Shown here piece by piece: positions 8,829-16,899 of a DNA stretch of 24,343 nt. How positions within the stretch are numbered: the first letter of the stretch is position 1; every line of letters begins with the position of its first letter. Origin of the DNA: Candidatus Zixiibacteriota bacterium. GTDB lineage: Bacteria; Zixibacteria; MSB-5A5; GN15; FEB-12. The notes beneath the pieces were generated by a model. That model was not told where the DNA came from. It did not search any database and was given only the letters and a program-made list of their open reading frames with translations. The position numbers were made by a program, and so were the translations under genes. The stretch spans positions 1 to 24,343 of the forward strand of contig JBGSIV010000180.1 in NCBI GenBank assembly GCA_041742355.1, in the 5' to 3' direction.

Positions 8829-8850
8829 CCGAATACCGGCCGAATACCGG
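8829..8850 (+). repeat. Perfect 11-bp tandem direct repeat CCGAATACCGG x2
   Basis: Copies at 8829-8839 and 8840-8850, abutting TTGACA at 8851. Confidence 0.85.
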
Positions 8851-8878
8851 TTGACATATTGGCGAACTTCGCTATCTT
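8851..8878 (+). promoter_or_regulatory. Putative sigma70 promoter for the surface-protein genes
   Basis: TTGACA (8851-8856), 16 nt spacer, TATCTT (8873-8878), about 70 nt upstream of ATG 8952. Confidence 0.5.
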
Positions 8879-8951
8879 TGTCGATGATAGCACATTTGAT
8901 TAACGGTCTGACAATACTATTCTGACTATAGCACTTGGGGATGGGGTTCTT

Positions 8952-11762
8952 ATGTCTCAGCACATGATTGTCCGTTTGCTCCTGACCGCGAGCATCCTCC
9001 TGCTCGCCTCGTCGGTTTTCGCTGTTCCGCCTGATGAATTGCAGCCGCCGGTGTTCGTAGATTGTCCTGGGTCGGTGCGAGCTACGCATTGTGACGATTC
9101 CATCGTCAGGCAGTTCCGCGCCATAATTCCGAACCAGCCGCATGCCCAGGGCCGCGTACGCTACCGACTTGTCGGCGGATGCGGCACCATTGACGAAAAG
9201 TCTGGTCGCTGGGTGTGGTACCCGGAACCCGCTGATACTGCGAGGGCGTATGATGTCACCGTTGCCGCATACATTAACAACACCAACCTCGAGACTACTC
9301 CCGAGAACTACTGCCGCGTGTGGACATGGTACCGCGATAACTTTGGCAAGCTCATTTGGCTCCAACCGCCACTATCGGACTACGGCTATGTCCCAGTGTA
9401 TCGCGTTGATGCGCCGGGGCTGACAATTCTCCCCTATCGGATCAGCGAGCCCGATAGTTGCGACCATCCGGTTGTTTCGGTTTTCCAAATCGATCCAGAA
9501 CCAGCCGGGAGCATCACGTTTATTGATTCCTCTCTTGTCGTCACACTACTCCCTGCAGACAATGGCAAGAAATTCGTCGTGACCTATGAACTCACATCCG
9601 GCCCGTTCACTTATCACGGAACGGTGGTCATCGATACTCGGCCCCCTTTTGTTCCTCAGTTCACCAACTGCCCGGAGACCCTTTATGCCTCCGTGGGATC
9701 GCAGATCAGATATCAGCTTCATGCCGTCGACCCGGAGTACCCTGAGCTTTCTGCCGGCATTTATTACAAGCTGGTAAGCTCGGATTATTCTCGCCCCGGA
9801 TCGTACCGAGACGGTGTGTTCTGGTTTCGGGCCCGTCCTGAAGACGCGGGGCGTGAGTTTGAATTCGAACTCGCCGCCGTCTACGGTGATGCCTCAACCA
9901 CCGGCGACCAGAACTGCCGCTTCTGGGTGAAAGTGATTGAGAATTCTCCGCCTGAGTTCGTGAATTCGCCGTGCGATGTTGTCCAAGTAGCCCATGCGGA
10001 CAGCCCGCTCGAGTTTTCGACCACTGTCACTGCCATCGATCCGGACTCAGGCGACGTGGTCCCCCGGCTGTTCGTCCAGGAAGTCAATCCCACTCCGTTG
10101 AACGGTTACCTATTTGACCCCGGCACTGGCCGCTTCCAGATGACCATCCACCAGTCAGAATTGGGCACACAATTCAGTATCACCATTGGCGCCAGTGATC
10201 TTGTTGACACAGCTTACTGCACGTTCGGGTATCTCCATGATTATGACGCGCTGATCTCCCTTTCGATTGGGCACTCCTTTGGCGCTCCACAGGGCTTTCA
10301 CGAACGGATTGACATTACGGCCACCGAGAATGCCATGGCTCTCTGGGGCTTCGACGTGCTTATCGGTTATAACGCCGCCGTTCTTTCTTTCCAGACAGCC
10401 ATTCCGGGCGAAATCTATGATGAGTGCGCCTGGGAGTATTTCACGTACCGCTATGGCGCCAGTGGCAACTGCAACGGTCGCTGCCCCTCAGGCATGTTGC
10501 GTATCGTCGGTATCGCCGAAACTAACAACGGCAGCGCCCACCCATCCTGCTTTGCTGCCGACGCACCCTTTACTCTGGCGACCTTGGACTTCCTCATAAG
10601 TGACGATAGCACCTACAAATGCACATGGCAGCCGATTAGATTTTGGTGGATCGACTGTGGCGACAACCTATTCTCCTACCACGACGACTGGGACGTAAAC
10701 CCGTATGGTCAATCGCTTGCTACTTCGCGGTACGTTTACGACATTGACTCCACGAACGAGCACCGCCCCTTCTTCTTGTTACCGGATGGGGGCGAGCCAT
10801 TCCCGCGAACTACCGGTGTTCCGGATTCCTGCCTCATCGATGATTTCCATCCCCAATCTCGGCCATTGCGCCTAGTGAACTTCTACAATGGCGGCATCGA
10901 CATCGCCTGTTCCGACAGCGTCGACCGCTGCCAGGCAGGTGACCTGAACCTCAACGGCACTCAATGTGAAATTGCCGATGTTGTACTCTATGTCGATGGC
11001 CTCCTCTATGGCCCACGCATACTCACGGATTCAGTCTGCCAGATGAAGGCGAGCGATGCTAACAAGGATGGCTTCGAATGGTCTCTGGAGGATCTCGTTT
11101 ACTTGACTTACTTCGTAGTCGGACATCCCCTTCCCCCTGTTTCTCCCGATACACCGAGCGCCCACTTTCTCGTCAGCGGGTCAACCATCCGCGTCGATCC
11201 GGAGGTGCCGCTGGGCGCTATCTACATCATCTTTGATGGCTCTGTGGTGCCGACCATGAACGTAGCACGTGAGCACATGGCATATTCCTACGACCAGAAT
11301 GCAGACCTCACGCGTTGTCTCATTTCAGCGCTCTCCGCGGGTGAGTCCATTCATGCCGGCGATCTCATGACTCTCGACCACCCGGCCGCTATCCGAGAAC
11401 TGTCCGCCGTTACGGACTCGGGCGCCTCCGTGAACGAAATCCTTCTGGTGCCAACCGGCATAGATGATCCCGAGCCCCCCCTCCCCGCCTCCTTCTTCCT
11501 CTACCAGAACCACCCCAACCCGTTCAACCTCGAAACCGTCATCCCCTTCGACCTCCCCCAATCCGGCGAGGTCACGCTCGAAATCTTCAACGCCCTCGGC
11601 CAGTCCGTCCACCGTCGCACCGCCGCCTACCCCGCCGGCAACCACCAGTTCACCTGGAATGGCCACACAGACAACGGCGCTGTTGCCTCCAGCGGTATTT
11701 ATTACTATCGTGTCAGCAGCAATGACCACACCCGGACCCGTAAAATGGTGCTGTTGAAATGA
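8952..11762 (+). CDS. Large secreted modular protein: signal peptide, cadherin/Ig-like repeats, cohesin-like domain, dockerin-like domain, FlgD-Ig/T9SS type A-like C-terminal domain, 936 aa
   Basis: Signal peptide ending VFA. Repeats begin PPVFVDCP / VPQFTNCP / PPEFVNSPC. GFDVLIGYNAAVLSF is cohesin-like; paired GDLNLNG...IAD and SDANKDG...LED are dockerin-like Ca-binding loops; C-terminus QNHPNPFN...WNG...SGIYYYRV...KMVLLK. Confidence 0.8.
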   Translation: MSQHMIVRLLLTASILLLASSVFAVPPDELQPPVFVDCPGSVRATHCDDSIVRQFRAIIPNQPHAQGRVRYRLVGGCGTIDEKSGRWVWYPEPADTARAYDVTVAAYINNTNLETTPENYCRVWTWYRDNFGKLIWLQPPLSDYGYVPVYRVDAPGLTILPYRISEPDSCDHPVVSVFQIDPEPAGSITFIDSSLVVTLLPADNGKKFVVTYELTSGPFTYHGTVVIDTRPPFVPQFTNCPETLYASVGSQIRYQLHAVDPEYPELSAGIYYKLVSSDYSRPGSYRDGVFWFRARPEDAGREFEFELAAVYGDASTTGDQNCRFWVKVIENSPPEFVNSPCDVVQVAHADSPLEFSTTVTAIDPDSGDVVPRLFVQEVNPTPLNGYLFDPGTGRFQMTIHQSELGTQFSITIGASDLVDTAYCTFGYLHDYDALISLSIGHSFGAPQGFHERIDITATENAMALWGFDVLIGYNAAVLSFQTAIPGEIYDECAWEYFTYRYGASGNCNGRCPSGMLRIVGIAETNNGSAHPSCFAADAPFTLATLDFLISDDSTYKCTWQPIRFWWIDCGDNLFSYHDDWDVNPYGQSLATSRYVYDIDSTNEHRPFFLLPDGGEPFPRTTGVPDSCLIDDFHPQSRPLRLVNFYNGGIDIACSDSVDRCQAGDLNLNGTQCEIADVVLYVDGLLYGPRILTDSVCQMKASDANKDGFEWSLEDLVYLTYFVVGHPLPPVSPDTPSAHFLVSGSTIRVDPEVPLGAIYIIFDGSVVPTMNVAREHMAYSYDQNADLTRCLISALSAGESIHAGDLMTLDHPAAIRELSAVTDSGASVNEILLVPTGIDDPEPPLPASFFLYQNHPNPFNLETVIPFDLPQSGEVTLEIFNALGQSVHRRTAAYPAGNHQFTWNGHTDNGAVASSGIYYYRVSSNDHTRTRKMVLLK

Positions 11763-13066
11763 CCCGTCCGACTCCACGCGGAGTGTCTCACCTCGCGCTG
11801 CTATCGATTCTGGTTCTGATTTTCACCGGCTCCAGCGCTTCCTCCCAGTCGCTGGAGCCGTTTACTGTCCGCATCGACCGGGTGAACCTCACCACCAGCC
11901 GCGACGAAATCTCGGTCAACGTCGCGCTCCAGGCCGGCTGGGCCAACATGTCCGGTTTCGATTTCCTTATCGCCTACGAAAACGGCCCCCTGAAAATCAA
12001 GAGCATCACTCCCGGCGACCTCGGCAACCTGTGCGACTGGGAGTACTTCGCCTGGCGCTCCGGGCGCAATGGCCCTCGCGACGAATACAACCGCACCACC
12101 GACACCATCCGCGTCAGCGCCGCCGCCAGCCTGAACCTCGACCACCTCCCCGCCTGCTATACCCTCGAGCCGAAGCCGGTCACCCTGTTCACCATGAAAT
12201 TCCAGGTCGTTGCCGGCAGCCAGTGGACCTGCACCTACTCCCCCATCCGGTTCTACTGGCTGTCCTGCTACGATAACCGGATCTCCGTCCCGGCCTCGAT
12301 CATGCCCATGCCCCACGACGAAGTCGAGACGATCGCCCAGCGCGTCTTCGAACCCACCGGCTGGGAGATCTCTGGCAGCCGCACCACCCTTCCCGGATTT
12401 TTCGGCCCCCCCTCCGGCTGCGTTTCTATGGCTGAAAACTCTCCTGTGCCATACATCAATCTGGTCAACGGCGGCATCACGTTTGCCGCCGGATGCAAAC
12501 CCGACCTGCGGGGCGACATCAATCTCAACGGCACCCCGTACGAGATTGAGGATTCCTGGATCTTTGCCAAGTACCTCCTCTTCGGCGACACCACCCTCCG
12601 TCGCGCCGCCCTTGAAGCCACCGACATGAACCGCGACAGCCGTCCGGGGACAGTCGAAGACCTCGTCCTCCTTATGCGCGCCGTGCTCGGGGAGTATACT
12701 CCGGCCAACGTGCTCGCACTGGACGCCCCGTCTGCCAAAAGCAACCCGTTCGCTCCCCCGGCTCCGAGACCTGCCCGGGTCGACCTCTCGTTTGAGGACA
12801 ACGAACTCCTGCTGACCACTGCTGATACGCTCGTAGCCGCCCGCCTCGTGTTCTCCGGCCGGGTCTCGCCCCATCTGTACAACAAGCGGCTTGACCTGTA
12901 CGAGTCCTATATCGACGGTGAGACGCGCTTGCTCATCTACGGATTCTTCACCGACGCCACCTTTACCTCCGGCCCCTTCCTCTATTGGGAAGGTTCCGGC
13001 CGCCTCAAAGAGGCCTCGTTCGCCACCTCCGGTGGCGGGAAGGTCGATGTCCACATACGGCGCTGA
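11759..13066 (+). CDS. Secreted cohesin-like + dockerin-like protein, paralog of the C-terminal half of the upstream gene but lacking the CTD, 435 aa
   Basis: ATGA overlap with the upstream stop; signal peptide. Shares GFDFLIAY, CDWEYF, CTYSPIRFYWLSCYDN, NGGI, GDINLNG and DMNRD...VEDLV with the upstream protein. Confidence 0.8.
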   Translation: MTRPTPRGVSHLALLSILVLIFTGSSASSQSLEPFTVRIDRVNLTTSRDEISVNVALQAGWANMSGFDFLIAYENGPLKIKSITPGDLGNLCDWEYFAWRSGRNGPRDEYNRTTDTIRVSAAASLNLDHLPACYTLEPKPVTLFTMKFQVVAGSQWTCTYSPIRFYWLSCYDNRISVPASIMPMPHDEVETIAQRVFEPTGWEISGSRTTLPGFFGPPSGCVSMAENSPVPYINLVNGGITFAAGCKPDLRGDINLNGTPYEIEDSWIFAKYLLFGDTTLRRAALEATDMNRDSRPGTVEDLVLLMRAVLGEYTPANVLALDAPSAKSNPFAPPAPRPARVDLSFEDNELLLTTADTLVAARLVFSGRVSPHLYNKRLDLYESYIDGETRLLIYGFFTDATFTSGPFLYWEGSGRLKEASFATSGGGKVDVHIRR

Positions 13067-13160
13067 TCTGCCCGGGAATCCCATACAATCCGTTGCACCA
13101 TCCCCGTTTTCGCATTACATTGGCCAAAATACTGCGACCCGCGAAAAGGGAGAATGCCCC

Positions 13161-14567
13161 ATGCGTCCACTCGTCCTGACCACCCTGTTTCTCGCTCTGA
13201 TGAGCGGCCTCTCACTCGCCGCCGCCGATAGTCGCGGCCTCGATCCCGTCCTCATCAACCGCATCCAGGCCACCTTCGATGCCGTCGGCTTCTCGCCGGC
13301 CACCATCAACGCGGTCACCAATAACGATATCAAAGCCCTTTCCCTTTGCCGGGAAAAGGTCTGTGCCTTCGACAACCTCTTTAATGTCCGCCTCAAATCC
13401 ACCGGCATTACCAATCAGGCCGGCTCCGGCCGGTGCTGGCTGTTCGCCGGCTTGAACTGCTTCTCCCCGGGCGTCTGCAAGAAACTCGACCTCTCCCGCT
13501 TCGAATTCTCCCAGCCCTACCTGACGTTCTGGGACAAGATGGAGAAGGCCAACTTCTTCCTCGAGGAAATGATTCGCCTGCGCGAGCGGCCGCTGTACGA
13601 TCGGGAGCTGATGGTCGCGCTTGATGGCCCATTTGGCGACGGCGGCTGGTGGCACTACGCCACCGGTCTGATCGAGAAGTACGGTGTCGTGCCGATCACC
13701 GCCATGCCCGAATCCAAGCAATCCTCCAATACCGGCACAGTCAATTCTCTCGCCGAACGCAAGCTCAAGGGCTTTGCCGCCGAACTGCGCCGGGCGCATA
13801 CCGAAGGTGCCTCCGAAAATCAGCTCCGCCAGCGCAAGGAGCAGATGCTGGCCGAAATCTACCAGCTGCTCGTTTTCGCCTACGGCCGCCCTCCGAAAGA
13901 ATTTGTCTACCGCTACAAGGTCAATGACTCGACTATCACCGACCCGAAAACCTATACCCCAAAATCGTTCTACGACGAGTTCATCGGCGGTCCCATCCCC
14001 GAATACGCTGTCCTGATGAATCACCCCGGCAAGGGGTACGACTCGCTGTATCAGATTCAGGGCAGCCGCAACATGGCCGACCGGGAAGACCTCACTCTGC
14101 TAAACCTCTCCATCGACGCCGTTAAGGACTACTGTCTGAAAGCACTGCTTGACTCCCAGGCAGTGTGGTTCGCCTGCGATGTCGGCGTCGACAACTTCAA
14201 CGACTCCGGCGTCCTCCGCCTCGGCATCTACGACTTCGCGGGTACCCTCGGCATGTCGTTCGACATCGCCAAAGCCGACCGCATCACCCTCGGCGACTCC
14301 TATCCCAACCACGCCATGACCCTCGTCGGAGTCGATACCGCCGCCGACGGCTCCCCGGTCAAGTGGCTCGTCGCCAACAGCTGGGGGGACAAACCCGGCG
14401 ATGACGGCTACTGGACCATGTATAACGACTGGTTTGACATGAACGTGTATCTCGCCGTCATTCGCAAAGACCTCCTCTCCGATGCCGACCGCAGGAAACT
14501 GGATCAGAAGCCGATGGTCCTCCCCTCGTGGGATCCTTTCTACCAGGCGGCCAAACATCTGCAGTAA
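13161..14567 (+). CDS. pepC: Peptidase C1B (aminopeptidase C / bleomycin hydrolase family) with signal peptide, 468 aa
   Basis: NQAGSGRCWLFA (catalytic Cys), FWDKMEKANFFLE, DGGWW, VWFACDV, NHAM (His), ANSWG (Asn). ATG 13161 follows AAGGGAG and precedes a hydrophobic leader. Confidence 0.9.
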   Translation: MRPLVLTTLFLALMSGLSLAAADSRGLDPVLINRIQATFDAVGFSPATINAVTNNDIKALSLCREKVCAFDNLFNVRLKSTGITNQAGSGRCWLFAGLNCFSPGVCKKLDLSRFEFSQPYLTFWDKMEKANFFLEEMIRLRERPLYDRELMVALDGPFGDGGWWHYATGLIEKYGVVPITAMPESKQSSNTGTVNSLAERKLKGFAAELRRAHTEGASENQLRQRKEQMLAEIYQLLVFAYGRPPKEFVYRYKVNDSTITDPKTYTPKSFYDEFIGGPIPEYAVLMNHPGKGYDSLYQIQGSRNMADREDLTLLNLSIDAVKDYCLKALLDSQAVWFACDVGVDNFNDSGVLRLGIYDFAGTLGMSFDIAKADRITLGDSYPNHAMTLVGVDTAADGSPVKWLVANSWGDKPGDDGYWTMYNDWFDMNVYLAVIRKDLLSDADRRKLDQKPMVLPSWDPFYQAAKHLQ

Positions 14568-14580
14568 GCCGGGATTTGAG

Positions 14581-15969
14581 ATGGCCAACGACCAGTTTCT
14601 GACTGAACTCGCCGCCCTGGTGCCCGCCGACCGGTTCTCCGTCCACCCGGATCACCTCCGGGTTGCGGCCCAGGATGAGTCGACGACGGCGGCGGTTATC
14701 CCCCGTGCGGTCATCTGGGCGACCTCGATTGAAGAGATCGCCGCAATCGTGACCCATTGCTACCAGTACCATGTGCCGATAACGACCCGCGCCGGCGGCA
14801 GCGCCCTCGAAGGCTCGGCTGTCCCGGTAGCCAATGGTATCGTGCTGGATGTCAGCCGAATGACCGCAATCCTCAACTACTGGCCCGATGATTTGCAAGT
14901 CGAAGTACAACCAGGGCTTCTCTACGACCATCTAAACAATCGCTTGAAGACCGACGCCCTCTTCTTCCCCCCCTCCCCCGGCGGCTCGGGCGATGTCGCT
15001 TCTATCGGCGGCATGGTTTCCACCAACGCCAGCGGCATCTACTCCGTCAAATACGGCGGCACGCGCGACTATGTCCTCCGCCTCAACGTTGTCACCGGCA
15101 CCGGCGAGATCCTGACCTTCGGCGACCGCGCCATCAAACGCTCCTCCGGCTACAACCTGGTCGACTTGATCAGCGGCTCCGAGGGCACGCTCGCCATAAT
15201 CAGCGCCGTCACCATCCGGCTCGCGGGCCTTCCCGAAGGTCGCCGCAAAGAGGCCTTCGTCTTTCCCGACGAAATCTCGGCCTCCAAAGCCGTCTCGGAA
15301 ATCCGCCGCTACGGCCTTGATCTCGCCGCTATTGAATTCCTCGACCGCAAAGTCATCGAAGCGCTTAACCTGCTCAAAGGGTACGGCTTGACCGAGGCCC
15401 CCTCCCTGTTCCTGGAGTACCATGGCCCCAAACCCGTCCTGGATTCCAACGCCGAGCTCGCCGGCGGTATCTGTACTGAATTGGGCGGCAGCCGGATCGA
15501 ACTTGCCGACGGCCAGAACCCTTGGGAAATCCGCCACTGGGCGACCGACGCCGTCAAACACCGCCGCCCCGGCTATTCCATCCTCCGCAACGACATCGCC
15601 TTCCCTATCTCCCGGCTGGCTGAAATGGTCGGTTATTGCCACGACACCGCCGCCTCCCACGGCATCATGATCCACACGTTCGGCCATGTCGGCATGGGCC
15701 TCCTCCACGCCCTCATGCTTGCCCGTCGCGACCATGCCGACGAATGGGCCACGGCCCGGGACGTCAACGAGTTGATCATCCGCAAAGCCCTCGAGTTCGA
15801 CGGCACCATCTCCGGTGAGCACGGAATCGGCCTTGGTCACAAACGCCTCTTCCAAGAACACCACCGGGACTCGGTCGAATTGATGCGGAAGATCAAGCTG
15901 CAGTTCGACCCCCGTAACATCCTTAACCCCGGAAAGATCTTCGATCTGGAGCGTTCCCAGACGCCCTGA
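14581..15969 (+). CDS. FAD-linked oxidase/dehydrogenase, GlcD / D-lactate dehydrogenase (VAO/PCMH) family, 462 aa
   Basis: RAGGSALEG, ASIGGMVSTNASG, KYGGTRDYVL, SSGYNL, GSEGTL, GTISGEHGIG, FDPRNILNPGK. ATG at 14581, 13 nt after the pepC stop. Confidence 0.9.
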   Translation: MANDQFLTELAALVPADRFSVHPDHLRVAAQDESTTAAVIPRAVIWATSIEEIAAIVTHCYQYHVPITTRAGGSALEGSAVPVANGIVLDVSRMTAILNYWPDDLQVEVQPGLLYDHLNNRLKTDALFFPPSPGGSGDVASIGGMVSTNASGIYSVKYGGTRDYVLRLNVVTGTGEILTFGDRAIKRSSGYNLVDLISGSEGTLAIISAVTIRLAGLPEGRRKEAFVFPDEISASKAVSEIRRYGLDLAAIEFLDRKVIEALNLLKGYGLTEAPSLFLEYHGPKPVLDSNAELAGGICTELGGSRIELADGQNPWEIRHWATDAVKHRRPGYSILRNDIAFPISRLAEMVGYCHDTAASHGIMIHTFGHVGMGLLHALMLARRDHADEWATARDVNELIIRKALEFDGTISGEHGIGLGHKRLFQEHHRDSVELMRKIKLQFDPRNILNPGKIFDLERSQTP

Positions 15970-16046
15970 AAGGCTCTTGTCGGACCCTTCCTCGCCTCAA
16001 GGCGGCCGCCGATAAGCCTACTGCCGGAAGCGCTTTTGATTGTATA

Positions 16047-16075
16047 TTGACCCTGACGGCGATCGACCCTATTAT
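16047..16075 (+). promoter_or_regulatory. Putative sigma70 promoter of the Cys-type DUF1573-like gene
   Basis: TTGACC (16047-16052), 17 nt spacer, TATTAT (16070-16075). Confidence 0.55.
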
Positions 16076-16124
16076 GAAGAAATTGCTGGAACCGAACCAG
16101 TTATAGAGAGCTATAAGAGGCAAG

Positions 16125-16814
16125 ATGAACCGTCTGACATGCATCCTCGTACTCAGTTTTGCCCTGGCGGTCTCCGTCCACGGCCAAAGCCGCCTGATTG
16201 CCCCGGTCGACCGGTTTGAATTCGGCGCCATTCCGACTGGAACCGTTCTCACTCACCATTTCTGGCTCAAGTCGATCGGGCAGGACACCGTTACGATCGA
16301 CACCGTGAAGACCGGCTGTTCCTGCGCCGTCACTCAGCTGGAGAAGACCGTTCTTCCCCCCGGTGACAGCGTTCTTCTCGGTATTCAGTGGGATATCAAG
16401 CGGTCGCAAGGCTCTGTCTTCAGATCCCCCATGATCTTCTACAACGGCAGCGACGAGGCCCTGCGCGTCCACCTTGGCGGAACGGTCTGGGACTACCCCG
16501 ACTCCGCCCGTCCGGCGAACATCAAACCGTTTCGTTTCGAACTCTCCCGTGCCGCGGTGAAGAATGTCGACCGCATCGAGTACAAACTGACGAACCACTC
16601 CGGGGAGACACTCCCGGTCCAGTTGGTCTCGCTCGTCCCCCCGCAGGTGGAACTGACAGTGCCCGACTCGATTCCGGCCAACGGCACAGTCTCCGGCATT
16701 GTCACGCTCCGCCCGGCCTTCCAGAATGAGGAGTTCAGCACGTCGGTGACATTTGTCATCGGGAGTCGCGACATCCAGCGGCTGACTGTCCCTATCCGGA
16801 GGAAATTCTACTAG
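16125..16814 (+). CDS. Exported DUF1573-like Ig-fold protein with CxC motif, 229 aa
   Basis: Signal peptide ending VHG; FEFGAI...HHFWLKSIGQDTVTIDTVKTGCSCAVT...LPPGDS, the typical DUF1573 pattern F.N.G..PL.I..V..SCGCT...I.PG. Confidence 0.8.
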   Translation: MNRLTCILVLSFALAVSVHGQSRLIAPVDRFEFGAIPTGTVLTHHFWLKSIGQDTVTIDTVKTGCSCAVTQLEKTVLPPGDSVLLGIQWDIKRSQGSVFRSPMIFYNGSDEALRVHLGGTVWDYPDSARPANIKPFRFELSRAAVKNVDRIEYKLTNHSGETLPVQLVSLVPPQVELTVPDSIPANGTVSGIVTLRPAFQNEEFSTSVTFVIGSRDIQRLTVPIRRKFY

Positions 16815-16825
16815 TCGGAATGACC

Positions 16826-16854
16826 TCGACAGCCCGCCGTTTTGTTTGTATATT
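16826..16854 (+). promoter_or_regulatory. Putative separate sigma70 promoter for the TGA-containing paralog
   Basis: TCGACA (16826-16831), 17 nt spacer, TATATT (16849-16854). Confidence 0.45.
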
Positions 16855-16899
16855 AGGTAAACCTGAACAAACCCCATAGACGTGGACTCGAAGTACGCT

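Noticed and set aside
11801..13084. 427-aa minus-strand ORF (likewise 14932..15864, 19159..20478 and 23132..24208 opposite other real genes)
   Set aside because: Antisense shadows of well-supported genes with low-information translations.
12891..13160. 90-aa N-terminal extension of the C1B peptidase in the ORF track
   Set aside because: It overlaps the upstream gene. ATG 13161 has an SD and is followed by a signal peptide.
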